A stretch of 64,000 bases of DNA from an uncultured Desulfurococcales archaeon (GTDB lineage: Archaea > Thermoproteota > Thermoprotei_A > CAZTBM01 > SZUA-1508), in contig CAZTBM010000002.1 in assembly GCA_964611985.1 (NCBI GenBank), positions 12,802 to 76,801 of the forward strand, given 5' to 3'. The translations under genes and the position numbers were made by a program. This document shows positions 9,929 through 18,699 of this stretch, in pieces. The notes beneath the pieces were generated by a model. The model was given only the letters and a program-made list of their open reading frames with translations. It was not told where the DNA came from and searched no databases. Numbering within the stretch: the stretch's first letter is position 1; each line of letters begins with the position of its first letter.

Positions 9929-10003
9929 GTTCGAATTTATGACAAGAACTACTATAAGAAATCGAACCATGGGGTTATAGGTGGGGTTTTTAACCTTCGT
10001 ACC
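9929..10003. promoter_or_regulatory. Cluster of LysM-box-like half-sites upstream of lysW2
   Basis: GTTCGAA 9929-9935, TCGAACC 9962-9968, TTCGTACC 9996-10003; resembles the CG(T/A)ACC half of the Sulfolobus LysM operator. Confidence 0.45.
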
Positions 10004-10030
10004 ATACCGAAGAGTCTACGGTGATAGAGC

Positions 10031-10204
10031 GTGCAACTACCATGTCCAGTATGTGGAGGATCTGTCGAAGTACCAGATGATGCCATTCCTGGAGAAATAC
10101 TTGAACATGAAGAATGTGGTATTCAGCTTGAATTCTACATCGACGAGAATAATAATCCAAGACTTAGAGTACTAGATAGCATCGTTGAGGACTGGGGAGA
10201 GTAG
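10031..10204 (+). CDS. lysW: LysW amino-group carrier protein, copy 2 (LysX-linked); not in ORF track
   Basis: GGTGA SD at 10020-10024, GTG start; MQLPCPVCGGSVEVPDDAIPGEILEHEECGIQLEF...IVEDWGE*; CxxC plus HxxC and EDWGE. Confidence 0.95.
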   Translation: MQLPCPVCGGSVEVPDDAIPGEILEHEECGIQLEFYIDENNNPRLRVLDSIVEDWGE

Positions 10205-10211
10205 AAGACTA

Positions 10212-11060
10212 ATGAATATTGGGGTAATATACGATATTGTAAGATGGGAAGAGAAGGCAATAATAGAGGCTATAAGAGATAAAGGTCATAAACCTATTCT
10301 TTTCCATGTTGATTCTCTCTCATTTAAAATATCTAGTAAGATAGATTTTAATAATATCGACATAGCCATACAACGATGTGTAAGTTACTATAAGGCATTA
10401 ACCTCAACATTAATATTTGAGGAAAACGGAGTTTACGTTGTCAACCCCTCCCCCACCCTCACTTTATGTAGTAATAAATTACAAACAACACTTAGGCTAG
10501 CTAAAAATGGTATACCTGTCCCAGAGACATACATAGCATTCACGAAGGAACAAGCATCAAAGATTCCTAGGAAGTTAGGATACCCTATTGTACTAAAGCC
10601 AATTCTTGGAAGTTGGGGGCGTCTTCTGGCAAAAGTAAACGATGATGACGCATTATCTGCAGTTTTTGAACACAGAGATTACATGTACAATCCAATATAT
10701 AAAATATACTATATTCAAGAGTACATTAACAAGCCTGGTAGGGATATAAGAGTATTTACTATAGGTGACGAAGTTCCAGTAGCGATATATAGGGTTTCAA
10801 AGCATTGGAAAACAAATACCGCCCTTGGAGGTAAAGCTGTAAAAGCTGAAGTAACTGACGAGCTAAGGGATTTAGCGTTTAAAACATCTAAAGCTATTGG
10901 TGGAGGAATTTTAGGAATAGACATACTAGAAGACCCAAAGAGAGGGTTCCTCGTAAATGAGGTAAATGCTGTCATAGAGTTTCGAAATACTGTAAGAGTG
11001 ACTGGTGTAAAACTTCAGTCATTAATAGTTGGTTATCTTATCAAGGAGGCTAGAAGATAA
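10212..11060 (+). CDS. lysX: Alpha-aminoadipate--LysW ligase (start ATG 10212)
   Basis: KPILGSWGR, YRVSKHWKTNTALGG, EVNAVIEFRNT (LysX-type NT signature). Confidence 0.88.
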   Translation: MNIGVIYDIVRWEEKAIIEAIRDKGHKPILFHVDSLSFKISSKIDFNNIDIAIQRCVSYYKALTSTLIFEENGVYVVNPSPTLTLCSNKLQTTLRLAKNGIPVPETYIAFTKEQASKIPRKLGYPIVLKPILGSWGRLLAKVNDDDALSAVFEHRDYMYNPIYKIYYIQEYINKPGRDIRVFTIGDEVPVAIYRVSKHWKTNTALGGKAVKAEVTDELRDLAFKTSKAIGGGILGIDILEDPKRGFLVNEVNAVIEFRNTVRVTGVKLQSLIVGYLIKEARR

Positions 11061-12214
11061 TGCTTGAGTATCTTAAAATATACAAGCCTACAGGCATAAA
11101 ACTAGTTTATGGAGAAAGACAGTACGTATGGGATGAGAGGGGTAAGAGGTATCTAGATTACCATACGGGCTTTGGTGTAGCCTTTCTAGGACATAGACCT
11201 CGAAGAGTAATTGAAGCACTAAGAGAGCAAATGGATAAAATTATGGTTACATCATTATCTTTTGACTGTGATATTAGGAAGATGCTTCTTCAAGAATTAA
11301 GTAGAATCGTACCACAAAGCTATAGCTATGTTGTATTACAGAATAGTGGTACAGAGGCTGTAGAAGCAGCATTAAAGATTGCGAGGAAGGCTACTAGAAA
11401 GAGTAAAATCGTAGCATTCATCGGTTCATTTCATGGAAGAACCTTCGGAGCCCTTTCTATAACATGGAATCCGAAGTATAGGGAACCCTTTAAACCATTA
11501 CTTCCTGAAGTAACATTTCTACCTTGGAATAAAGTTGACTACCTCGAAAAAGGTATAGATGAAAATACTGCAGCGGTAATCTTAGAATTGGTTCAAGGTG
11601 AGGGAGGAGTTAACCCTGCAGATAAGGAGTTCGTAAAAGCAGTTTATGATGAGACTAGAAGGAAGAATTGCCTGCTCATAATAGATGAGATACAAACCGG
11701 CTTTGGGAGAGCAGGCACAATATGGGCTTTTCAACAGTACAATGTTGAGCCTGACATATTTACTGCGGGTAAAGCTATGGGCGGAGGCTTTCCTGTAGGT
11801 ATTGTTATAATGAAGAAGAATGTGGGTGAAGCTATGGTTCCTGGAGAGCACGGTTCAACGTTCGGAGGTAATCCATTAGCTTGTGCAGCCATAATAGGCT
11901 CTATAAGGACGTTAATTGAGGAGGATGTTGTAAACCAAGCTAGGGTAAAAGGAGAATTACTAATGAAGATGCTTAATGAGGAGCTTTCAGAACTAAGAAT
12001 TATAAGAAGAATAAAAGGACTAGGATTAATGTTAGGCATTGAGCTTAGGAAAACGCCACAAAACATCCTAACGATGTTACAAAACGAGGGGCTTCTAGCT
12101 TCAAAAGCAGGACTTACAACAGTTAGACTACTACCTCCATACCTTATAGACCATGACAACATAGTGTGGTCAATAAGCGTGATAAAGGATGCTATCTCAA
12201 AGTTATATGGTTAA
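11060..12214 (+). CDS. lysJ: LysW-aminoadipate semialdehyde/glutamate semialdehyde transaminase (ArgD family)
   Basis: NSGTEAVE, SFHGRT, QGEGG, DEIQTGFGR, GKAMGGG class-III PLP motifs. Confidence 0.92.
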   Translation: MLEYLKIYKPTGIKLVYGERQYVWDERGKRYLDYHTGFGVAFLGHRPRRVIEALREQMDKIMVTSLSFDCDIRKMLLQELSRIVPQSYSYVVLQNSGTEAVEAALKIARKATRKSKIVAFIGSFHGRTFGALSITWNPKYREPFKPLLPEVTFLPWNKVDYLEKGIDENTAAVILELVQGEGGVNPADKEFVKAVYDETRRKNCLLIIDEIQTGFGRAGTIWAFQQYNVEPDIFTAGKAMGGGFPVGIVIMKKNVGEAMVPGEHGSTFGGNPLACAAIIGSIRTLIEEDVVNQARVKGELLMKMLNEELSELRIIRRIKGLGLMLGIELRKTPQNILTMLQNEGLLASKAGLTTVRLLPPYLIDHDNIVWSISVIKDAISKLYG

Positions 12215-13271
12215 ATCATTAATGGAAATTCTAAGAATATACAGTCCGTCCGGGAAGGAAGAGAAAGTAGCTACATACCTCTATAATCTTATGTGTAATT
12301 TGGGATTTGAAGAAGTATACATAGACAGTGTAGGAAATGTTCATGGAATATTTGGTAAAGGGCCAACATTACTTATGCTTGGGCATATGGATACTGTGCC
12401 TGGTTTTATACCTGTAACATTAAAGGATAACACCATCTATGGTCGTGGAGCCGTAGATGCAAAAGGACCATTATTGGCAATGATTTTTGGTGTAGCTAAA
12501 GCTCTACACTCTAATAACGATATTCCATTTAAAGTTCATATAGCAGCATTAGTCGATGAGGAAGGTGATAGTAAAGGTGCGAAGCACTTAATTAACAGTA
12601 ATGTTAAATTCGCCAACGCTATCGTCTGTGAACCAACTAATACTATAGGTGTAGTAATCGAGTGTAGAGGATCAATTCACTACAGAATAGAATGTAAGGG
12701 AAGAGGGGGGCATGCTTCAAGCCCTCAAGTAGGTGATTCAGCATTGGAAAAACTGCTAACTATTATACTAGAGCTAAAGAATATAACAGAAAAGAACCCT
12801 GATTTATCTATAACACCAACAGTTCTTGAAGCTAAAAGTGATGCTCCAAATAAGCTACCTGAGAATGCACACGCAATTATTGATGTAAGATACTCAGCAA
12901 ACATAAACCTAAAGGATCTTATAACAACAATAAGTAATATAACCACCAAGTGTGGCTGCTATATCAGACCTTTAAGTGAGCCTGTTCCTCCATTAAAGGT
13001 TAGCATTTCCAGCCCTATAGCTAGAGCTGTTATTAGAGGAATATTGAAGATAGGTAAAAAGCCCATAGTAATGAGGAAGATGGGAACAAATGATGCTAAT
13101 ATCCTTTCAGCTTTAGGTAAAAATTTAGTGATATATGGACCTGGAAACTCTAAACTAGCTCATTCCAGTAACGAGTCAATTAGCATTAATGAATTCATAA
13201 CAGGAGTTAATGTATATTATTACTCTATACTTGAACTCGCTAAGATAATGAATATTTCATCGTTCTATTAA
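12189..13271 (+). CDS. lysK: LysW-lysine/LysW-ornithine hydrolase (M20, ArgE family)
   Basis: GHMDTVPG, GRGAVDAKGP, DEE, EP, AH metal-binding motifs; operon position. Confidence 0.9.
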   Translation: MLSQSYMVKSLMEILRIYSPSGKEEKVATYLYNLMCNLGFEEVYIDSVGNVHGIFGKGPTLLMLGHMDTVPGFIPVTLKDNTIYGRGAVDAKGPLLAMIFGVAKALHSNNDIPFKVHIAALVDEEGDSKGAKHLINSNVKFANAIVCEPTNTIGVVIECRGSIHYRIECKGRGGHASSPQVGDSALEKLLTIILELKNITEKNPDLSITPTVLEAKSDAPNKLPENAHAIIDVRYSANINLKDLITTISNITTKCGCYIRPLSEPVPPLKVSISSPIARAVIRGILKIGKKPIVMRKMGTNDANILSALGKNLVIYGPGNSKLAHSSNESISINEFITGVNVYYYSILELAKIMNISSFY

Positions 13272-13283
13272 ATGAAACTTAAC

Positions 13284-13375
13284 TTCGAACAGTGTTTACA
13301 TGGGAAAGGAAACTGTAAAACAGTGTAGAAAAGTAGTTTAAAGTTCGTACCTACACGTTTAAATAATCGGAACAT
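13284..13375. promoter_or_regulatory. LysM-box-like sites upstream of the synthase/aconitase/dehydrogenase module
   Basis: TTCGAAC 13284-13290 and AGTTTAAAGTTCGTACC 13335-13351, same half-site as upstream of lysW2. Confidence 0.45.
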
Positions 13376-13452
13376 GCCCTTCACGAGAATACATATTTAT
13401 ACACGAACTATTGATGCTAACAAGGAGTCATGGATCAAGGTGTGTAAGTACT

Positions 13453-14790
13453 ATGGCAGATGAGAGCGACTCCTGGATTTTCCATAGAGACGTATTTAGG
13501 TATCCCGATTTGCCATTGATAAAGACCCATAGGGTAAGAATGGACAATATTTATATAACGGATACTACATTACGTGATGGCCAACAGGGATGGAGGCCCT
13601 TTAGTGTAAGAGAAATCGTAGACATATACTCATTACTTCATGAGCTAACAGGTGACAGTAAAACTATACATACTAGTGAGTTTTTCTTATATACGCCTAA
13701 AGATAAAGAGGCGTTTAGGAAAGTTAAGGAGCTAGGTTACGAGTATCCAAAGCCTATAAGCTGGTTAAGGGCGACTATGACAGACTTAAAGCTAGCTATA
13801 GAATTTAAGGTTGAAGAGACCGTTCTCTTAACATCCATATCAGACTACCATATACGCTATAAGCTAAGGCTTAGCAAGAAGCAAGTAATGGAGAAATACC
13901 TAAGTGTAATCGAAGAAGCGTTAAGGAATGGTATAACTGTTAAATGCTCCTTAGAGGATATAACTAGAGCAGACATATATGGTACAGTTATACCGTTCGT
14001 TAACATGCTTATGAAACTCAGTGAAAAATATGATATGCCCGTAAAGATTAAGATCTGTGATACTCTCGGTATAGGATTACCTTACCCAGAGATCTTACCA
14101 CCTAGAGGTATACCTCAATTAATAAGAGTCATTCTTGAGGCTACAGATATACCTAGTGAATGGGTGGCATTTCACGGACACAATGATTTCCACATGGTAG
14201 TAGCTAATACACTGGCAGCCTGGCTTAGTGGAGCTGGCGGAGCTGATACTACACTCTTGGGTATTGGTGAGAGGGCAGGAAACTGTCCACTTGAGACAAT
14301 GCTACTATTCTACATACAGTTAAAGGGGCAGGTGGAAGGCATTAATCTTAAGGTCTTAAGGAAGGTTAAAGAATACTTCTTAAGTATAGGCTATAATATT
14401 CCAGAGTTTCAGCCAATACTAGGAGATAACGCCTTTAGAACAAAAGCAGGCATACATGTGGATGGCCTCCTTAAGAACCCTGAAGTATACTTACCATTTG
14501 ATCCCAATGTAACCTTAGGCATACCAGCATCAATTATGGTGAATGTATACTCAGGTAAGGCAGGAGTAATATACTGGATTAAGTCAATGTTCAACTTGGA
14601 TTCTATGGATGATCTGAAGAACGATAGAAGAGTAAATCAACTATACAATGAAGTGATAAAGCTATATACTGATGGAAGAACAGCCCCAGTAAGTGATTAT
14701 GAAATGCTACAATTGGTAAAGAAGTATATGCCCGAGCTTATAGAAAGATATGGCCATAGATTACCCCATTGGCTTAAGAGGTACCTGTAA
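13453..14790 (+). CDS. DRE-TIM Claisen-condensing enzyme, Re-citrate-synthase-like (possible homocitrate synthase role)
   Basis: ITDTTLRDGQQ, EFFLYTPKD, SDYHI, LEDITRAD, CDTLG.G, HGHNDF, GERAGN; these segments resemble clostridial Re-citrate synthase more than LeuA or homocitrate synthase. Confidence 0.75.
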   Translation: MADESDSWIFHRDVFRYPDLPLIKTHRVRMDNIYITDTTLRDGQQGWRPFSVREIVDIYSLLHELTGDSKTIHTSEFFLYTPKDKEAFRKVKELGYEYPKPISWLRATMTDLKLAIEFKVEETVLLTSISDYHIRYKLRLSKKQVMEKYLSVIEEALRNGITVKCSLEDITRADIYGTVIPFVNMLMKLSEKYDMPVKIKICDTLGIGLPYPEILPPRGIPQLIRVILEATDIPSEWVAFHGHNDFHMVVANTLAAWLSGAGGADTTLLGIGERAGNCPLETMLLFYIQLKGQVEGINLKVLRKVKEYFLSIGYNIPEFQPILGDNAFRTKAGIHVDGLLKNPEVYLPFDPNVTLGIPASIMVNVYSGKAGVIYWIKSMFNLDSMDDLKNDRRVNQLYNEVIKLYTDGRTAPVSDYEMLQLVKKYMPELIERYGHRLPHWLKRYL

Positions 14791-14792
14791 TA

Positions 14793-16049
14793 ATGTCTTT
14801 AACTTTAAGTGAAAAGATATTAACGAGAGCTGTAGGTAGAAAGGTTAGTCCAGGAGAGATAATAGTTGCTAATGTTAATCATGTCTTTGCACATGACGGT
14901 ACAGCTCCTTTAGCCATACAAGCATTAATGGATGAGATAGGCTGTACATCAATATTTGACCCAAACAAAGTCTCTTTCATAATAGACCATGCATCACCTA
15001 GTCCAAGAGTAGAGAATGCAAGACTACATATGTTAATGAGAGATTTTGCTAGGAAACACAATATTAGACTTTTTGATGTAGGTTATGGTATATGCCATCA
15101 AGTAATGGTTGATGAAGGTCTCGTCAAACCTGGTATGATAGTTATTGGTGCTGACTCTCATACTACAACACTTGGCGCACTGGGAGCATTTGCTACTGGC
15201 GTTGGAAGTACTGACGCCGCAATAGCATTAGTAACCGGTAGGATATGGCTAAGAGTGCCGGAGTCCATGAAGATAGTACTAGAAGGAGGTAAACCAGACT
15301 ATATAATGGGTAAGGACATCATATTATACATTATAGGGTTCATGAAAGCCGATGGTGCAACATACAGGGCTGTTGAGTTTCAAGGAGACGCTCTTAAACA
15401 ATTAGACATGGATTCAAGGCTTACAATGTCAAATATGGCTGTTGAGATGGGAGCAAAAGTTGGATTGTTTCCTGTAGATAATATAACCATAAGATTCTAT
15501 AGAGAGAAAGGAGTAGATGTCGAACCATTAAAACCCGACCCCAGCGCTGAATATGCCGATGAAGTATCGTTCAACTTAAGTGCTCTTGAACCACAGGTTG
15601 CAGCCCCACCAAACGTTGACAACGTAAAAGCTATATCAGAAGTTGAAGGTATTGAGGTAGATCAAGTGTTTATAGGCTCCTGTACTAATGGTAGATTATC
15701 AGATCTAGAAGCAGCAGCTAGAATACTAAAAGGCAGAAAGGTAAATAGAAATGTAAGGTGCATTATAATACCAGCATCAAGAAAGATATACCATCAAGCT
15801 TTACGTAGGGGTATAATAGAAGTACTTCTTGAGGCAGGATGTACCATCGGACCTCCGACATGCGGTCCCTGTGTTGGAGCACACATGGGCCTACTAGGTC
15901 CCGGCGAGGTTGCAGTATCAACCTCTAATAGGAATTTCCCAGGAAGAATGGGTGACAAGAATGCAAAAGTCTACCTTGCATCTCCTCTTGTTGCTGCTGC
16001 CTCAGCTATTGAAGGTAAAATATGTGATCCAAGAAAGTACCTAAGGTGA
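14793..16049 (+). CDS. hacA: Homoaconitase/isopropylmalate isomerase family, large subunit
   Basis: HDGT, GADSHT, GSCTNG, CGPCVG, SNRNFPGRMG. Confidence 0.88.
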   Translation: MSLTLSEKILTRAVGRKVSPGEIIVANVNHVFAHDGTAPLAIQALMDEIGCTSIFDPNKVSFIIDHASPSPRVENARLHMLMRDFARKHNIRLFDVGYGICHQVMVDEGLVKPGMIVIGADSHTTTLGALGAFATGVGSTDAAIALVTGRIWLRVPESMKIVLEGGKPDYIMGKDIILYIIGFMKADGATYRAVEFQGDALKQLDMDSRLTMSNMAVEMGAKVGLFPVDNITIRFYREKGVDVEPLKPDPSAEYADEVSFNLSALEPQVAAPPNVDNVKAISEVEGIEVDQVFIGSCTNGRLSDLEAAARILKGRKVNRNVRCIIIPASRKIYHQALRRGIIEVLLEAGCTIGPPTCGPCVGAHMGLLGPGEVAVSTSNRNFPGRMGDKNAKVYLASPLVAAASAIEGKICDPRKYLR

Positions 16050-16564
16050 TCAAGACCATGGAATTTGTGATTAAAGGTAGAGTTTGGAAATTTGGCGACA
16101 ACATAAACACAGACTTCATAATACCAGGCAGGTACAAGTTTAAAGCTTATAGTTTAGAAGAAATGCTCCCACACGTTTTCGAAGACATAAGACCTGAGTT
16201 TGCAAGGAATGTAAGAAAGGGTGACATAATAGTTGCAGGAAGAAATTTTGGTTGCGGTTCGAGCCGTGAACATGCACCAAGACTTCTAAAGCTTATAGGG
16301 ATATCAGCAATAATAGCTAAATCATTTGCACGAATATTCTTTAGAAACGCAATAAACATAGGACTACCAGTTATAGAGCATAGGGAGTTACCCGATATAG
16401 TAAATGAAGGAAATGAAGTAATAGTAGACTTAGCTAACGGTATACTTAAGTGTCCAAGTAGAAACTATACCTCAACGTTTAAACCATACCCAAAATTCAT
16501 AATGGAGATACTATTATCCGGTGGCATAGTTGAATACGTAAAGTCTAGGGGGTTGAAGCTATAG
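16046..16564 (+). CDS. hacB: Homoaconitase/isopropylmalate isomerase family, small subunit
   Basis: GDNINTDFIIP, NFGCGSSREHA, FARIFFRNAINIGL. Confidence 0.88.
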   Translation: MIKTMEFVIKGRVWKFGDNINTDFIIPGRYKFKAYSLEEMLPHVFEDIRPEFARNVRKGDIIVAGRNFGCGSSREHAPRLLKLIGISAIIAKSFARIFFRNAINIGLPVIEHRELPDIVNEGNEVIVDLANGILKCPSRNYTSTFKPYPKFIMEILLSGGIVEYVKSRGLKL

Positions 16565-16566
16565 CC

Positions 16567-17601
16567 ATGAGAAAGTATAGGATAGCAGTAATACCTGGTG
16601 ATGGTGTAGGTCCAGAAATAGTATCAGAAGCTATAAGGTTGCTCAACGAAGCAGGCTTTAATGCAGAATACATCTATATAAATGCAGGACTCAAATACTA
16701 TGAAAAAACAGGTAAGACAATAGAAGATAATGCGCTTGATATAATAAGAGAGGCTGATGCAGCCTTAAAAGGCCCCATAGCGACACCTGTAGGGCCAGGC
16801 ACCTATGCAAGTGTTAATGTGTTTTTACGTAAGAATCTAGACCTATATGCTAACATAAGACCATTTAGGAGCTGGAGGGGAATAAGTATTCGAGAGAATG
16901 TTAACGTAGTGCTCATTCGAGAAAATCTTGAGGGTCTCTACTCAGGTATTGAGGTAAGAGCAGAAAATGTGACAATAGCACTAAGGATTATCACGAAGAA
17001 TGAAACCTTTAGAATCTGTAGATTCGCCTTTGACTATGCCAAGAAGAATAATAGAAGAAAGGTTACTATAGTCCATAAAGCGAACATTCTTAAGGTGACT
17101 GATGGACTATTTAGGCAAGTATTCTATGAAGTAGCTAAGGAGTATCCAGAATTAGAGGGTGATGAAGTAATAGTTGATGCAGCAGCATATAAACTCGTGA
17201 AAAGACCTCACGAATTTGATGTTTTAGTTACACCAAACCTTTATGGCGACATATTATCAGACTTGATAGCTGGGCTTATTGGAGGACTGGGATTATGTGG
17301 TTCAGCCCAAATAGGTGATAACTATGCAGTTTTTGAGCCTATCCATGGTGTTGCATGGAAGTATGCAGGTAAAGGTATAGCTAACCCCATAGGCGAGGTT
17401 ACAGCAGCAACCCTAATGCTAAGATGGCTAGCTGAGAGAAGACAAGACAAAAGCATCCATAACATAGCAGTAAACATAGATCAGGCTGTGAAGAAGGTTG
17501 TCGAAGAAAAGCGCATTCTAACACCTGACTTGGGAGGAAATGCATCAACAAGGAAGGTTATAGATGAAGTAATAAGTGAATTAAAGAATTTTATTAAATG
17601 A
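16567..17601 (+). CDS. Isocitrate/homoisocitrate dehydrogenase (beta-decarboxylating dehydrogenase)
   Basis: IPGDGVGPE, TPVG..YASVNVFLRK, RENLEGLY, HKANI, NLYGDILSD, EPIHG. Confidence 0.88.
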   Translation: MRKYRIAVIPGDGVGPEIVSEAIRLLNEAGFNAEYIYINAGLKYYEKTGKTIEDNALDIIREADAALKGPIATPVGPGTYASVNVFLRKNLDLYANIRPFRSWRGISIRENVNVVLIRENLEGLYSGIEVRAENVTIALRIITKNETFRICRFAFDYAKKNNRRKVTIVHKANILKVTDGLFRQVFYEVAKEYPELEGDEVIVDAAAYKLVKRPHEFDVLVTPNLYGDILSDLIAGLIGGLGLCGSAQIGDNYAVFEPIHGVAWKYAGKGIANPIGEVTAATLMLRWLAERRQDKSIHNIAVNIDQAVKKVVEEKRILTPDLGGNASTRKVIDEVISELKNFIK

Positions 17602-17612
17602 ACAAGTCCTTC

Positions 17613-18650
17613 TTATATTTGTGTGAGAATCTTTTCGATGGCCTCATCAACCTTTTGCCCTTCATAAATGACCTTACATATCCCGGTGAAGAATGGTAGC
17701 TCTTTCTCTAGTATAACCTTTCCCTCACCCTCTAACTTCTTTAATAGAGCATACATGTGTCTTGTATTTTCGTATCCCTCGACGACGCCTAGACCCATTT
17801 CCCTTATTTTATTTAGCGCTTGCTCTGGAGTTAACCCTTTACCAAGAAGTCTACCGAAGAGGCCATTTCTTCCACCCTTTACTGTCACATAGAGATCTCC
17901 TAAGCCTGATTGGTCTATGACGGTCTTTTCAGATCCGCCTAGTAGCTTAACTATTTTAGCCATTTCCTTTAACGCTATCGTGAAAAATGCTGCTTTAGCA
18001 TTTCTTAGCTCTTCAACTCCCATTCTCTCTGCAAGACCATCAAGCCATCCTATTCCTATTGCGTAAACGTTCTTAAGGACCGCTGAAGCTTCAGCCCCAA
18101 TAATATCATCTGTTACTTGTATTCTATAGTAGTCTGTTTCAAATTCTTTCTTTAACTCTTTAACCACCCCTATTTTCTCTGAACTGTAAACTGCCACTGT
18201 AAGTCTTCTTGCTGCTACGTCCTTGGCTAATGAGGGACCTGTTACAGCAGCTATTGTGACCTTCTTATCCCTTAGTATCCTCTTAATAGCTTCCGGTATG
18301 AGCATTACCTCTCCATTAAACTCTATTAGACCTTTAGCGACATTAATTAAAACTTGACCGTCCTTTACATAGGGTTTAATGGCTTCTGTTACACCTTTCA
18401 CGCCAGCCGAGCTTACGGCAATTATTATATAGTCTGCTTCTTCAACAGCTTTTCCAAGCTCATCTCGATAGCGTAATTCTACATTCTCAGGCATTCTCAC
18501 TCCTAACTTTGGATGGGGCTGCCCCGCCTTAATGATGTCTAATACTTGTGGACTTCTATTCCATAGTATTACTCTATGCCCTCTATCTGAAATAGGGAAA
18601 GCTAAAGCACTACCCATGGCTCCAGCTCCAAGTATAGTTACGGTTTTCAA
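17613..18650 (-). CDS. gpsA: NAD(P)H-dependent sn-glycerol-3-phosphate dehydrogenase
   Basis: GAGAMG Rossmann motif, AKGL, GPSLA, LKNVYAI, GLGDL..T...RN, VEG. Confidence 0.88.
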   Translation of the reverse strand: MKTVTILGAGAMGSALAFPISDRGHRVILWNRSPQVLDIIKAGQPHPKLGVRMPENVELRYRDELGKAVEEADYIIIAVSSAGVKGVTEAIKPYVKDGQVLINVAKGLIEFNGEVMLIPEAIKRILRDKKVTIAAVTGPSLAKDVAARRLTVAVYSSEKIGVVKELKKEFETDYYRIQVTDDIIGAEASAVLKNVYAIGIGWLDGLAERMGVEELRNAKAAFFTIALKEMAKIVKLLGGSEKTVIDQSGLGDLYVTVKGGRNGLFGRLLGKGLTPEQALNKIREMGLGVVEGYENTRHMYALLKKLEGEGKVILEKELPFFTGICKVIYEGQKVDEAIEKILTQI

Positions 18651-18699
18651 GATGCATCACCTAAGACAATGTTTGATAAAAAGAATTAAGTGATAAATA

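Noticed and set aside
9981..10175. 64 aa ORF in the track
   Set aside because: Wrong-frame shadow of the real lysW copy 2 (10031-10204).
10185..10211. Upstream TTG start for lysX
   Set aside because: Overlaps the lysW2 EDWGE codons; ATG 10212 gives the expected N-terminus.
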